Shown: positions 41,686-53,418, counted from the first letter of the stretch. The stretch: DNA of 64,000 nucleotides from an uncultured Acidobacteriota bacterium (GCA_963827655.1 CAWHCF010000037.1:32001-96000), one strand, 5' to 3'. Notes: generated by a model from the letters alone, not told the origin. Translations and numbers: made by a program.

Positions 41686-43040
41686 TCATCACGAAGAAGT
41701 CCTTGCCGCGGCGCACGTTTCTTCGAGGACTCGGCACAGCCGTCGCGCTTCCCTTCCTGGACGCCATGGTCCCTGCCCTTTCCGCCCTGAACCGGTCGGG
41801 CGCCAAGCCGGTCCTCCGGATGGCCTTCTTGTATGTGCCCAACGGCGTCATCATGAAGGACTGGACGCCGACGACCGAGGGCGCCGGCTTCGAGTTTACC
41901 CGTACGCTGAAGCCGGTGGAGCCATTCCGCGATCGCCTGCTGGTCTTGTCGGGTCTGGACCAGTACAACGGCCAGGCGCTTGGCGACGGCCCGGGGGACC
42001 ACGCCCGCGCGGGCGCCACGTGGCTTACAGGCGTGCATCCCAAGAAAACGCAGGGCGCAGACATCCTGGCCGGCACTTCCGCAGACCAGATCGCGGCCAA
42101 GGAAATCGGCAAGCAGACTACGCTCCCATCGCTCGAGTTGGGGCTGGAGGATAATCGCATGGTCGGGGGCTGCGATTCCGGCTATAGCTGCGCTTACAGC
42201 AACACGATTTGCTGGAGTTCGCCCACGACACCGCTGCCTCCCGAGATCAATCCGCGCGCCGTGTTCGAGCGCATGTTCGGCGACGGCGAGACCACCGATC
42301 CGGCGGCGCGAGCGATGCAGGCCCGGCAGGACCGCAGCATTCTCGACTTTGTCAACCAGGATGCCGCGCGCCTGGGTCTGGGGCTCGGCACCGGCGACCG
42401 GCGGAAGTTGAGCGAGTATCTCGACGCCGTGCGAGAGATCGAGCGCCGCATTCAGAAGGCGGAGCAGCAGGATCCCGCCGCCGCCACGCTCCCCTCCATC
42501 GACCGTCCGGCCGGCATTCCGCCGACCTTCGAGGAACACATCAAGCTGATGTTCGACCTGATGACGGTGGCATTCCAGGCTGACTTGACCCGGGTCATCA
42601 CGATCATGATCGGCCGCGAAGGAGGCAACCGGACGTATCGTTCCATCGGTGTGCCCGACGCGCACCATGGCCTGACTCACCACTTCAACGACCCCGCCAA
42701 GATTGAGCGGATTCAGAAGATCGACCAGCATCACGTCGAGATGCTGAACTATTTCCTCGGCAAGATGCAGGCGGCCAACGACGGCGAGGGCACGCTGCTG
42801 GATCACTCGGTGATCGTATACGGCAGCAGCCTGAGCGACGGCAACCGCCATCAGCACGACGATCTGCCAACCTTGTTGGCCGGCGGCGCAATTAGCAGGA
42901 TCAAGGGAGGGCGCCACATCCGCTACAAGAAGGGCACCCCGATGACCAACCTGTTTCTGACTCTGCTCGACATGGCCGACGTCCGTCCGGAAAAGATCGG
43001 CGACAGCACGGGCAATCTCGAGCAGCTGTCGAATCTGTAA
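41682..43040 (+). CDS. DUF1552 (HXXSHH) protein with Tat-like signal
   Basis: RRTFLRG..LPFLDAM, YVPNG, GYSCAY, HHGLTHH. Confidence 0.9.
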   Translation: MIITKKSLPRRTFLRGLGTAVALPFLDAMVPALSALNRSGAKPVLRMAFLYVPNGVIMKDWTPTTEGAGFEFTRTLKPVEPFRDRLLVLSGLDQYNGQALGDGPGDHARAGATWLTGVHPKKTQGADILAGTSADQIAAKEIGKQTTLPSLELGLEDNRMVGGCDSGYSCAYSNTICWSSPTTPLPPEINPRAVFERMFGDGETTDPAARAMQARQDRSILDFVNQDAARLGLGLGTGDRRKLSEYLDAVREIERRIQKAEQQDPAAATLPSIDRPAGIPPTFEEHIKLMFDLMTVAFQADLTRVITIMIGREGGNRTYRSIGVPDAHHGLTHHFNDPAKIERIQKIDQHHVEMLNYFLGKMQAANDGEGTLLDHSVIVYGSSLSDGNRHQHDDLPTLLAGGAISRIKGGRHIRYKKGTPMTNLFLTLLDMADVRPEKIGDSTGNLEQLSNL

Positions 43041-43344
43041 AGGCCCTTAAAGAATCATCCCCGGAATAAATCGTGGCGCGGGCCCGTCGCCCGGCGAACC
43101 TTGCTTCGCCGCATCCCGCGTGGCCCGGCTCGATCCGATTCCGCCGCCTCCGAACGCTCAGTAATTGACGGACACGCCATCCAATGTCAAGAAACATGAC
43201 GAAACATTATGGAAGCCCATAATCCATACTGCAGGGCCGCTCGCCGAACTCCCCCGTTCCTGCAGAAAACAGCTCCTGCCGCGACTCAGAAAGCCCAGCG
43301 TGCCGAGTGAACGTCAGAGAGTCAAAACGGAAAGGAAAGACCCT

Positions 43345-43788
43345 ATGGTAACCCGCCGCTTTTGGTTGGCCCTGAGCTGGTTCGCGCTGGCCCTGGGGAT
43401 TTGCCTTGCCCAAACCCAAAGCCCGCGACCCAGCGAGCCGGTTCCTGATATCACCGGTGAGTGGACTGGCACCTGGTCTTCCTACAATCCAGCGCAGGCG
43501 GCCGGCGTGCAGAAGGAACTCTGCAAACGCCTCGATTCCAAGGTCGTGCAAAAAGACGCCATTTGGGAAGCGACCTTCGAGGGGGATTGCGGCCGGCCTT
43601 ACAAATACACCATCAAAATGGAAGGCCGCCAGGCCGGAAAGGTTGTCCTCTTCAAGGGCACCGTGGACCTGGGACAAAAAGACGGAGGCGTCTATGATTG
43701 GATCGGACGGGCAAACGACAAGGAGTTCGTCGGGTTCTTCACCAGCGCGTCTTACACCGGAGTGTTCAGCCTTTCCCGGCCGAAATGA
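43345..43788 (+). CDS. Secreted hypothetical beta-barrel protein
   Basis: Signal peptide, DITGEWTGTW; AAGGA RBS. Confidence 0.7.
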   Translation: MVTRRFWLALSWFALALGICLAQTQSPRPSEPVPDITGEWTGTWSSYNPAQAAGVQKELCKRLDSKVVQKDAIWEATFEGDCGRPYKYTIKMEGRQAGKVVLFKGTVDLGQKDGGVYDWIGRANDKEFVGFFTSASYTGVFSLSRPK

Positions 43789-43907
43789 CGGAACCGGCGC
43801 AGCAGAATTGCCAACCGCACCGGAGATCCGAAAGTTTCGGGCTTTGACAGATCCGACGGGGGATAATCCGCGTATGATTGGGTATTACAGAACAGGAGGA
43901 GCCAGCC

Positions 43908-44852
43908 ATGCTGATCAAGAAGTCCGGTGATATCCCTTATTCGGAGGTAACTCCGAAGAGCGTCTACATGAACCGGCGCGATTTCATGAAAGCCGCAGGC
44001 GTAGTGCTGGCTGCTGGCGGAATTTCCGGCTCTGGCTCGGTCGCGCTGGCAGCCACGAAACTCCAGTACACGAAGAGCGGCCTGAGCACCCAGGGGGAGG
44101 AACTCACGACGTTAAAGGACATCACGACCTACAACAATTTCTACGAATTCGGCACCGAGAAAGAAGATCCGCATCAGAACGCCAAGGAGTTCCGGACCAA
44201 TCCGTGGAAGGTTTCAGTAGAAGGCCAGGTCAAGAAATCGATGTCCTACGACGTGGAAAGCATTATCAAGATGCATCCTTCGCTCGAGGAGCGTATCTAT
44301 CGCCTTCGTTGTGTGGAAGCCTGGTCGATGGTGATCCCGTGGATCGGGATCCCGCTCGCTTCCGTGATCAAAGCCGTGGAACCGACCTCCAAGGCCAAGT
44401 ATGTGGCCTTCCAAACGCTCCACGATCCCAGGCAGATGCCGGGACAGCGCCGGGCGGTGCTGCAGTGGCCCTACGTAGAAGGCTTGCGTATGGATGAAGC
44501 CATGCATCCCCTTACCATTCTCGCCGTTGGGCTGTACGGCGAGATTCTGCCGAATCAGAACGGCGCGCCCCTTCGTCTGGTGGTGCCGTGGAAGTATGGA
44601 TTCAAGAGCATCAAGTCGATCGTCAAGATTCGATTCGTGGAATCACAACCTCCTACTGCCTGGAACCTCTCAGCCCCCCATGAGTACGGCTTTTACTCCA
44701 ATGTCAACCCGGAGGTAGATCATCCGCGCTGGAGCCAGGGCCGGGAACGCCGGATCGGAGAGTTCACGAAACGAAAAACCCTGATGTTCAACGGCTATGG
44801 CGATCAGGTAGCCAGTCTCTATTCCGGCATGGATCTGCGCAAGAATTACTAG
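43908..44852 (+). CDS. msrP: Protein-methionine-sulfoxide reductase catalytic subunit MsrP
   Basis: NRRDFM Tat signal, [39 protein letters not shown]. Confidence 0.96.
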   Translation: MLIKKSGDIPYSEVTPKSVYMNRRDFMKAAGVVLAAGGISGSGSVALAATKLQYTKSGLSTQGEELTTLKDITTYNNFYEFGTEKEDPHQNAKEFRTNPWKVSVEGQVKKSMSYDVESIIKMHPSLEERIYRLRCVEAWSMVIPWIGIPLASVIKAVEPTSKAKYVAFQTLHDPRQMPGQRRAVLQWPYVEGLRMDEAMHPLTILAVGLYGEILPNQNGAPLRLVVPWKYGFKSIKSIVKIRFVESQPPTAWNLSAPHEYGFYSNVNPEVDHPRWSQGRERRIGEFTKRKTLMFNGYGDQVASLYSGMDLRKNY

Positions 44853-44857
44853 TCTCC

Positions 44858-45523
44858 ATGAGCAGCCGCAAGATCCTTCTCCTTAAAATTGCCGTCTGGA
44901 TTGGGTGTTTCGTTCCGCTGGGGCGATTGCTCTACAAGGGATGGACCGGTGGTTTGGGCGCCAACCCGATCGAATTCATCACGCTCTCCACCGGCACCTG
45001 GACCCTCATCTTCTTGCTCGCGACCCTCAGCATCACGCCCCTGAGAAAGCTGACAGGCCAGTCGTGGCTGATTCGCATACGCCGGCTGATCGGCCTCTTC
45101 GCATTTTTTTACGCATCGCTCCACTTCACGACCTACGTGTGGCTGGACAAGTTTTTCGAATTCCAGGAGATGGTCGAGGATGTAATGAAGCGGCGTTTTA
45201 TAACGGCGGGGTTTCTAGCCTTCACGCTCCTCGTGCCGCTCGCAATGACATCCACGACCTGGGCCGTACGCAAACTGGGAGGAAAGAAATGGCAACGGCT
45301 GCATCGCTTGATCTACCTGAGCGCGGTCGCCGGGGTGATTCATTTCTGGTGGAAGGTGAAGGCTGACGTGCGCGAGCCCGCTATCTACGCCGCTATTCTG
45401 GGGGGACTGCTGCTGCTGAGGCTCGCGATAACGGCGCGTGAGAAATACCGGAAGCCTTCCCGGCGGCTGAAGTCCGGGCCGGTCCAGCATCCCGGCACCC
45501 AGCCCGCCGGCGGACCCGATTGA
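44858..45523 (+). CDS. msrQ: Heme-binding membrane subunit MsrQ
   Basis: GANPIE, RRLIGLFAFFYASLH, WQRLHRLIY; directly follows msrP. Confidence 0.94.
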   Translation: MSSRKILLLKIAVWIGCFVPLGRLLYKGWTGGLGANPIEFITLSTGTWTLIFLLATLSITPLRKLTGQSWLIRIRRLIGLFAFFYASLHFTTYVWLDKFFEFQEMVEDVMKRRFITAGFLAFTLLVPLAMTSTTWAVRKLGGKKWQRLHRLIYLSAVAGVIHFWWKVKADVREPAIYAAILGGLLLLRLAITAREKYRKPSRRLKSGPVQHPGTQPAGGPD

Positions 45524-45603
45524 GCCTGAGCTTGACTCCGGGCATGACCGAAGTCAGCCGCTGCCCGTCTGACCACGGTGGACGCTCCCATCTTGAGTTA
45601 TCG

Positions 45604-46188
45604 TCACCCCGCCTCTTCGCTCGCGGACGCCTGAGCCAGGCACAAAGCGGCGCCCAACCCGGCTCCCAGGAACAGCCCGTAGACAACCCCAAAGAGCAGC
45701 ATCCCGATTTTCCCTTGGATTGAATAGAAGAGCGCCGCACCGAGAAAATAACCGGCGGAATTGGCGATGAACAACACGGCGAGGAGCCTGGGCGCAGCGC
45801 GCGGAGCGCCCAAAGCCGCAGCCAGGACCAGGCCCATCAAGACGGAGCCTGCAAGAGACCCAACCCATTCTCCAGCCGTCCCACGAATAGTAAAATACGC
45901 CGCCATCCATGCCACCGCATATGCCAGAAACGCGGCGCCGAAAATGACGGGAAACCGGGGCCGCCGCCGGCCCGTTACCAGCGGAGTCAGAGCCATACCG
46001 CCGAGGACGATAAAAAGAACGGTCCAGGTTGCGTAGGCGCCGTAGAAACCAAGGTGGCGGTACATCCAGCGTTCTGCGAATGCCACTGTGGCGAAGACCA
46101 GCAGGCTGGCGAGGCAGAAGCCAAGCGCGCCGAACCATAGCGAGTAGGTGAGGGACGGGGCGTTCCTGGAATCTCGAATTCTGTTCAT
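45604..46188 (-). CDS. Hypothetical multi-pass membrane protein
   Basis: About six hydrophobic helices from ATG 46188. Confidence 0.72.
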   Translation of the reverse strand: MNRIRDSRNAPSLTYSLWFGALGFCLASLLVFATVAFAERWMYRHLGFYGAYATWTVLFIVLGGMALTPLVTGRRRPRFPVIFGAAFLAYAVAWMAAYFTIRGTAGEWVGSLAGSVLMGLVLAAALGAPRAAPRLLAVLFIANSAGYFLGAALFYSIQGKIGMLLFGVVYGLFLGAGLGAALCLAQASASEEAG

Positions 46189-46224
46189 GTCGGGGCGCAA
46201 GGCACGGCAATATACCACAATACC

Positions 46225-46258
46225 CTTGTATTTCCCGGCGTCTTCGTGCCTTAGTGAT
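46225..46258 (+). repeat. Octamer repeat copy R8 (single arm, degenerate)
   Basis: cttgtatttcccggcgtcttcgtgccttagtgat. Confidence 0.6.
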
Positions 46259-46536
46259 CCTGCGCAATACGGTGACGTATTTCGGCAGTTGAGGCGATGC
46301 TGCGGCCAGGCCCGCCAAGGCCGGGTTACGTGCTTACTAAGAAGGAGCGTGAGGTGCGACACAGGCCAGGCGGCCTCGGACGCGGCTCAATCCGCGCCCT
46401 TAGGGTGCTAGCTGACGAACCCGGTTCATGATAACCAGTCGCTCTCGCAACCAGAATTGTGAAAGTTACTTAGTATCTGCGCAAGAACGAGCTTAGTTGC
46501 ATAGATTGCAGCACGCCCAGAAAGGAGACCTTTCTG

Positions 46537-47382
46537 ATGTTCGCCGACATCGACCTTGCACGCCGGATAGATCGGGCGGAAGCCAGTCTCTCGTCCGACT
46601 TCGCCGATGCGACCAGACGAGGCAAATCTGGGCAGGGAGTCTTCGTTCAAGAACTCGGTGGGGGCGTTGCCGTGTGCACAGGGGTTGCTTCGCCGATGAC
46701 GAAAGTGATCGGGGTTGGATTCGGCGAACTGCCGTCCGAGGAAGAGCTCGATACCATCGAGCGCGCATTTTTCGATCGGGGCTCCCCGGTACGGGCGGAG
46801 GTAGCCACCCTGGCGGATCCGGCGTTTTGTGCCCGTCTCACCAGCCGCGGCTACATATTGCGCGGGTTCGAGAATGTGCTTGGGCGCGCCATCACTGGAG
46901 AGGACGGCGCCGGGTTGGAGCGCTCGGACATCGACGTGGTTGAAGCCGCCGGCGTTCCCGAATGGAACGACGTCGTGATCACCGCCTTCGAGAACCCGGA
47001 CACGGGTGTGATTTCGGCGCCGGCCGAATCGTTTCCGCGCGAAGAACTCGAGCGCATCCTCGACGACACCGCCTCCGCCCGCGGGTTCAAGCGTTACCTG
47101 GCCCGCGTTCGCGGACAAGCGGCCGGCGGCGCCAGCCTGCGCCTGTTCGATGGCATCGCGCAGCTTTGCGGCGCGGGCACGCTTCCTCGATTCCGCCGGC
47201 AGGGAGTGCAGACCGCGCTCCTGAAGACGCGGTTGCGCGACGCGCAGCTCGCCGGGTGCGAGATTGCCGTGATCACGACACAACCCGGTACGAAGTCTCA
47301 GCAGAACTCGCAGCGGCGGGGATTCCAGCTGCTCTATGCTCGCGCCGTCCTGGTGAAGGATCCGCCTGGAGCCGGACCCTAG
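46537..47382 (+). CDS. GNAT family N-acetyltransferase
   Basis: AGTLPRFRRQGVQTALL, PGTKSQQNSQRRGF; AAGGAG RBS. Confidence 0.9.
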   Translation: MFADIDLARRIDRAEASLSSDFADATRRGKSGQGVFVQELGGGVAVCTGVASPMTKVIGVGFGELPSEEELDTIERAFFDRGSPVRAEVATLADPAFCARLTSRGYILRGFENVLGRAITGEDGAGLERSDIDVVEAAGVPEWNDVVITAFENPDTGVISAPAESFPREELERILDDTASARGFKRYLARVRGQAAGGASLRLFDGIAQLCGAGTLPRFRRQGVQTALLKTRLRDAQLAGCEIAVITTQPGTKSQQNSQRRGFQLLYARAVLVKDPPGAGP

Positions 47383-47391
47383 AACAGAATG

Positions 47392-47428
47392 CTTCGTGTT
47401 TCTTCGTGGCTTCGCGTCTTCGCGGTTA
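47392..47428 (+). repeat. Octamer repeat copy R9; supplies the TAA stop of the 47426 gene
   Basis: cttcgtgtttcttcgtggcttcgcgtcttcgcggtta. Confidence 0.85.
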
Positions 47429-47851
47429 GTTTGATGAACGGCCTGTGATCGCTCCGCACGCATCCTTGACGGCGTTGCCCAGAAACCGGGTGGAGCCGCT
47501 GTAGATAAGATCCTGGTCCTTGTTGAAAACGGCGATCTTGTTGCCGCGCACGAACGGCGTCGCCGGATTGGTTTCCTCATGGTCCAGGCGAACAATATAT
47601 TCCGCTTTTTCGTGATTCGCGGTCACGATCACGCCGGGGCACCGTTTTATGAAGTTCTTCATGACTTCGACGCTCTGCGGGCTGGTGCCGCCCATGAGCA
47701 GGAGCGAACCTTTGGTATCGCCGATGGAAGCGTCGCCCAGGAGCTGAAGCGACTGGCTCTCGGTAATGAACACGCGCGGCTTCTCAGCACCCGCCACGCT
47801 CAGGGGAATCGCAAGCGTGACCACGGCGGCCCAGGACCATTCAGTCTTCAT
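47426..47851 (-). CDS. Secreted hypothetical protein
   Basis: Signal peptide; KPRVFITES...STRFLGNAVKDAC; GGAG RBS. Confidence 0.72.
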   Translation of the reverse strand: MKTEWSWAAVVTLAIPLSVAGAEKPRVFITESQSLQLLGDASIGDTKGSLLLMGGTSPQSVEVMKNFIKRCPGVIVTANHEKAEYIVRLDHEETNPATPFVRGNKIAVFNKDQDLIYSGSTRFLGNAVKDACGAITGRSSN

Positions 47852-47956
47852 TGTCGTCTCCAACGAAATTTCGTGTGTGCCTGTTGAATTGGATGCTCGA
47901 CCTTGATCCAGGTCTCAGAAACTCGATCGCGGCGCGCGCGAGCGGGCTCACCGTTT

Positions 47957-49696
47957 TCAACGGTCCCATGGAAACGACGCGGTAGGCTGGTTCGCATAGC
48001 GCTTGATCGTAATGGTCAGGGTGCCGCCGGTTCCCGGCGCCATCCTTACGGTGAAGTGCGGCGCGTCGACTGCAATTTTGTTGCCGCCCGCTTCCACCGA
48101 GACGCATTGGTGCTCCGCGAAAGCCCCCGTCTGCACCACCAGCTGACGAGCGTGGACCGGACTGGTGTTGACCAGCGTCAGCACCACGTCACCCGGCGTG
48201 ATCTTCTCGACCAGCGCGGCGACGTCTTCCGGCAATCCGGCGCGGCGATGTACGGGGTCGAAATAGCGGAGCCGGCTGTGCAGAATATTGCCATCCTTGC
48301 CGGGATCGTTTCCCCCGAGCATCAGGTTCACCAGCGTATCGGTAGCCACCGGACTGAAAGACTGTGCGCCGTCGGAGGGCCGCGTATCCGCTGTCCGGAG
48401 GTCCTGGCGCATCCCGTGGACGCGGCGCCGCAAGCGCTCAAAGTCGGCTTCTAAAGAACGAATTGGATAGTCGGGATTCTTACCGTCCAGGTAGCGCAGC
48501 CAGGGGTCATTGGACAGCCACTTGAGGTCCGCCGGGTCCATCAGCCAGAGGTAGATGTCACGCTGCACTTCGAAGTATTGGTTCGGGGTAAAGCCGTACC
48601 AGCCGTTGTCGCCATACTTTTGCGGCAATAAAACGCGGCCGTCCTGTTGCCGGCTGGCGGCATAAAGATTTGAAAGTTGGCGCCGTAGAGGCTCGACGAA
48701 GCTCGCATCCCCGGTGAGTAAGAAGGCTTCGCCGAAAGCGGTGCGCGCGCCGCGCATGTAGTAATTGCGGCCGCTGGTGGACGGATCGAAGTTCCAGCCG
48801 AAGGTTCCGCCATACCACTTGCCTTGCCATTCACCGCCAATGGTTCCATCCAGACCGATGTTGGTTGGGATGTTGCCCTTGTTGGCCATGACGCGATCCC
48901 GCCAGGCGCCGGCATATTCGAGCACCCAGTCGCGGTACTTGCGCTCGCCGGTGAGCGCGTATGCGTTGAACGCCAGCGAGCAGGCGCCCAGATTCAGCGG
49001 GTGGTCGCCCCGAATGTTGGCGGCGTCGCGATAACGGTTGTGGCGCTCCGGTTGTCCGGGCACGGTTTCGCCGCCCCAATCGAAGACCGAGGCCGGCGTC
49101 AGCAGCGGGCCGCGGCTGCCGTTGTGCAGGCTGCGAATGATCTTGTTCTTGGAATCGTAATTGGACGCCTCGGGATCCTCATTCATGTAGAAGCCTGCGA
49201 ACCGGCGCATGCGCTGTATGTAGAGCGCGTCGCTGGGCGCGCTCAGCGCGTAAAAGTGGAAGGGCGCCAGACCCTCGCCGTTATGTTCCCAGTCAAACGA
49301 AGCCGGGAATTCCCTGTAGTACATCCCGTTCTTGGCCATCTGGGTCGAGGGAGCCCGGGCCTGCGTGAACTGAACCAGCTGCCCTTCCCAGGCCTTTCGG
49401 TACAAGTCGAGGATCGAATCCGGCGCGCCCAGGGCGTGCAGCAGCGGCCAGGGAGTGAACGTCTCCATGACGTCGTCGGGGCCGTCGTTGCCGCCCCACC
49501 GTTCGATACAGCGGAAAAAACCGCGGTCGTCGACGTATTTGGCCGCGAACTCGGCGGCCGCATCGGTGTAGGCCTTCAAGAGCGCGCGCTCAGCCAGCGC
49601 CCAGGCCGGCGGCGGCATCGGCTTGTCCACCTGGACAACGGGCGGCGCAGCGAATGCCGCTAATGCGAAACACAAAGCAAGCAGAACAAGTCGCAT
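47957..49696 (-). CDS. Secreted hypothetical protein (possible alpha/alpha-barrel lyase/hydrolase)
   Basis: Signal peptide; WGGNDGPDD, DWEHNGEG, RRAGLPEDVAALV; TACAAT 7 nt before ATG. Confidence 0.75.
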   Translation of the reverse strand: MRLVLLALCFALAAFAAPPVVQVDKPMPPPAWALAERALLKAYTDAAAEFAAKYVDDRGFFRCIERWGGNDGPDDVMETFTPWPLLHALGAPDSILDLYRKAWEGQLVQFTQARAPSTQMAKNGMYYREFPASFDWEHNGEGLAPFHFYALSAPSDALYIQRMRRFAGFYMNEDPEASNYDSKNKIIRSLHNGSRGPLLTPASVFDWGGETVPGQPERHNRYRDAANIRGDHPLNLGACSLAFNAYALTGERKYRDWVLEYAGAWRDRVMANKGNIPTNIGLDGTIGGEWQGKWYGGTFGWNFDPSTSGRNYYMRGARTAFGEAFLLTGDASFVEPLRRQLSNLYAASRQQDGRVLLPQKYGDNGWYGFTPNQYFEVQRDIYLWLMDPADLKWLSNDPWLRYLDGKNPDYPIRSLEADFERLRRRVHGMRQDLRTADTRPSDGAQSFSPVATDTLVNLMLGGNDPGKDGNILHSRLRYFDPVHRRAGLPEDVAALVEKITPGDVVLTLVNTSPVHARQLVVQTGAFAEHQCVSVEAGGNKIAVDAPHFTVRMAPGTGGTLTITIKRYANQPTASFPWDR

Positions 49697-49721
49697 GTCG
49701 TCCATTGTAACGAAAAATTGT

Positions 49722-49795
49722 CTGAGTTTCTTCGAGTCTTCGCGTCTTGAGTTTTTGTTCTACCGCGCTAACCACAAAGACTCGAAGACACCAGG
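49722..49795. repeat. Octamer repeat copy R10 (two-armed)
   Basis: ctgagtttcttcgagtcttcgcgtcttgagttt-ttgttctaccgcgct-aaccacaaagactcgaagacacca; loop resembles that of R6. Confidence 0.85.
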
Positions 49796-49862
49796 GACGT
49801 AGACTCTGATACAATCCGGTCTTTCGAGCACAGCCGCTCGCACGGCAGGAAGGGGAAAATCA

Positions 49863-52800
49863 TTGCTCGCTCCTAACGACCGGCTCGGGCATTACGAAAT
49901 CGAACGCGTCATAGGCGCCGGTGGCATGGGCGTCGTTTATCGCGCCTTCGACACGCGCCTGCAGCGTCCCGTCGCCATCAAGCTCATCCATCCAACGGAT
50001 GAGTTCAACGTCAGCAGGCGGCTCCTCAATGAAGCCCGGGCGGCCTCGGCGCTCAATCACCCCAACATCTGCACGGTCCACGAAGTCGCGGAGCACGGCG
50101 ACCGCAGCTTCATCGTGATGGAGTACGTCGACGGGCGGCCGCTCAGCGATGTAATCGCCGAAGGACCGAAGCCGCCGGAGCTCGCGCTGGAGCTGGCCGT
50201 GCAGGTCGCCGGCGCGCTCGCGCACGCCCACGAGCGCAACGTCGTGCACGGGGATCTGAAAGCCGCCAATGTTTTGATTTCGGAGGCAGGCCGGATCAAA
50301 GTGGTCGACTTCGGGCTGGCTCGTCGTCACGCCGCGGTGGAGACAGGGGTCACGGATACCGGGCTGACCGGCGGCACCCCGTATGCGATGGCCCCCGAAC
50401 TATTGCGTGGCGCGCAGCCCGACGCGCGAAGTGACGTCTGGGCGCTTGGCGTGCTGCTCCACGAACTTGCTTCGGGTACGCGACCGTTCACGCGGCCGAC
50501 TGTGGCTGAGTTGATGGCCGCAATTCTGGGCGAGTCGCCGACACCTCCACCATCCCACGTGGCTCCTGCCTTGCGCCGCATCATCGATCGGTGCCTCACC
50601 CGCGATCCGATGCGCCGGTACCAGCACGCCGGCGAAATGCTGGCCGCGCTCGACGCGATATCAAATTCGAGACCTTCAGTCCCGCCCGCCAACGAAGACG
50701 ACGGCGCGGCCTGGATCGTTCCGGCGCCGCCGGCGCTCTCGTCCGCCGGGGCGAGCCAGATTGTCCTGATCGGGCGCGAGCAGGAATGGAAGCTACTCCG
50801 CGCCGCCTGGGAAGCGCGCTTCGACCGGCCGGCGTCAGCTTGCGTTTGTCGCCGGCGAACCCGGTATCGGAAAGACTCGATTGGTGACGGAGTTCGCTCG
50901 TTCGGTGGGGCCGGAGGCGAATGTTCTGTTCGGGCGCTGCGACCAGGAAGCTCTCGTGCCCCACCAGCCCTTCGTCGAGGCGCTCGAATGGTATCTGCGT
51001 GAATGCCCGCCTGCGGTGCTCGAGGCGCGGCTCGCTGACGTCGATGGAATCTGGGAGTTGGCCCAGCTGATTGCGCCCCTCGCCCGTCGTGTCCCGCTGG
51101 TTCCGGCGCCGGTCGAGTCCAATCCCGAAGGCCGGCGCTACCGGCTGTTCGAGGCAGTGGCGGCGCTCGTGTCGGCGATCGCGCGGTCACGGCCCTTGCT
51201 GATAGTGCTCGAGGATCTGCACTGGGCCGATCGGCCGACGCTGCTGCTCCTGCGGCACCTGTTGCGCTCGTCGCACGCGGCCTCGCTTTGTATCGTCGCG
51301 ACCTACCGCGAAACCGAACTGGGTCGCACACACCCGCTCGCCGAGATGCTCGCCGAGCTGCGCCGCGAGGAAGGCGTGACGCGAATCGGCTTGCGCGGTC
51401 TGAAGGAAGAGCGACGTAAGCCAGTTCATCGGACAGTGGATCGGACGTGAGAGTCCGCCCGGTCTCACTCGCCTGGTTTCCGGAAGGACCGAAGGGAATC
51501 CGTTCTTCGTCGGCGAGGTGCTGCGGCACCTCTCTGAGACTGGAGCGCTTGCCCAACCGGACGAGCGGGACTCGTGCTTCCGGCGATCCAGGGGGATTGC
51601 CGGAAGGGGTACGAGAGGTGATTGGACGCCGCCTCAGCCGGCTCAGCGAGGCCTGCAATCGCGTGCTGGGCCTGGCCGCGGTCGTCGGCCGGGAATTCAG
51701 CCTGCCGGTCCTGAACACGCTCGCCGAGCTGCCGGAGGAGCAGCTGCTCGACATCCTCGACGAAGCTATCGCGGCGCGCCTCGTACAGGACGTGCCTGGC
51801 GCTCCGGACCGTTACGCCTTCACTCACGCGCTTGTGCGCGACACCCTCTACGAGGAGCTCACCGCAGCACGCCGGGCGCGCCTGCACCGTCTGGTCGCGG
51901 AAGCCATCGAGCGGCTCGCACCGTCCGATGATCCACCGCTCGCGGATCTGGCTTACCACTATGCTCAGGCCGCGTCGGCGGCTGTTGCTCATAAGGCCAT
52001 CGAGTACGCCATACGAGCGGCCGAGCGCGCCGCCGCAGCCTTCGCGCTCGAGGAGGCCGCGCGTTTCTACCTCACCGCGTTGCAGGCACTGGATTTGCTC
52101 ACGCAGGGACCCGGGCTGAGACCGCGCAGGTTAGATCTCCATTTCCGGCGCGGGCGGGCGTTCGCGGACGTCGGTCTCTGGGGACCGGCCAGGACCGAGC
52201 TCGAGGCTGCGCTCGAGCTGGTCGATCCAGCAGAATCGACGCTGCGTACCCAACTGCTGTTGGAACTCTCCAAATGCTCGTTCTGGCTGCTCGATGTGCC
52301 TGCCGTCCGGCGTTACGCCAGCGAGGCGCTGCCGCTTTCCGAGTCGCTCGGGCGTGATGACTTCGTGGCTGACGCGATGTCATGGCTCGGCGGCGCGCTG
52401 AACGCGGAAGGAGATGTGCCCGGCGCGGTAGCGATGGATCGGCAGGCCATGGCGCGCATTGGCGGTGCAAGGACGTTCGGACTCGCGCGCGCTGTCATAT
52501 CCCTCTACCATCTAGGCTTGGTTGACGAGGCATTGCAGCGAGCCGTCGAGTCGGTCGAACAAGCTCGCGCCAGCCAGGATCCCACCTACCGCGTCTTCGC
52601 GCTCCAGCACCTGGCCATCAGCCTCGCAGGTGCGGGCCGGTACGCGGAGGCGCGACGGGCGTTCGACGAAATGCGGGATTTCGGCCGCCGCCATGGCGTG
52701 CTGCCGATGTTGGCGCGAGGAATCTGCATGTCTGCCGGGGTCCACATCGCGCTGGGCGATTACGCGCGAGGGGAAGAGATCGCCAACGAAGCCCGCGAAC

Positions 52801-53363
52801 TCGCGCGGCGGGTCAGTTTTCCGCCCGCTTTTGTAAGCGCGGGAATCGACCTGCTTACCGTTTTCGCCCGCGCGCACGAGCCGGGCCGAGCCGACGCCAT
52901 CATGGACGATGTCGCCCGTGCCGTCGTCGCAGCCGGCGGCTGGCACGGCTGGCTGTGGCGCCTGCGCTTGAGCCAGGCCCGAGCGGAGCTGGCGCTCGAG
53001 CGCGGCGAGTGGCAGGCGGCGATCGCGGCCGCTTCCGACGGGATCACGGACAGCCAGGCGCGATCGAGGCCGAAGTACGAGGCGCTTGGCCTCGTGACCC
53101 GGGCGCGCGCGAAGAAGGCGATCGACGACGTGCCGGGAGCCATTGTTGATGCCTCACGCGGCGTCGAGATCGCGCGCCGATTGGGCGACCCGGCGTTGCT
53201 GCTGAAGGCGCTGGCCGTGCAGATCGACGTGGACGGGAGTGACGCGCTGGTCATCGAGGCCCGTGGCTGCAGCGATCGGATCCTCTCGCACGTCGACGAC
53301 GCCGGCCTGCGCGAGCGTTTTCTCGGCAGCGAGCTGTCTGACGTCGTTGCCAAAGGACGTTAG
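49863..53363 (+). CDS. Ser/Thr kinase - AAA (STAND-like) ATPase - TPR fusion; frameshifts ~50820 and ~51410-51500
   Basis: GAGGMGVVY, HGDLKAAN, DFG; LIGREQE; Walker A AGEPGIGKT; Walker B VLEDLHWAD; helical C-terminus. Confidence 0.85.
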
Positions 53364-53374
53364 CTGCAAGGATG

Positions 53375-53410
53375 CTTCGTGTTTCTTCGTGTCTTTGAGT
53401 CTTAGTGGTA
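53375..53410 (+). repeat. Octamer repeat copy R11
   Basis: cttcgtgtttcttcgtgtctttgagtcttagtggta. Confidence 0.85.
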
Positions 53411-53418
53411 TTTGTTAC

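Noticed and set aside
43041-43340. Structured intergenic region (attatgg-aagc-ccataat; ttgac...gtcaa) as riboswitch/ncRNA
   Set aside because: Only short hairpins and no recognisable family motif; would need an Rfam search.
49863-53363. Kinase-STAND-TPR as an anti-phage Avs-type system
   Set aside because: This architecture is a common signalling paralogue family in such genomes, with no defence-island context.
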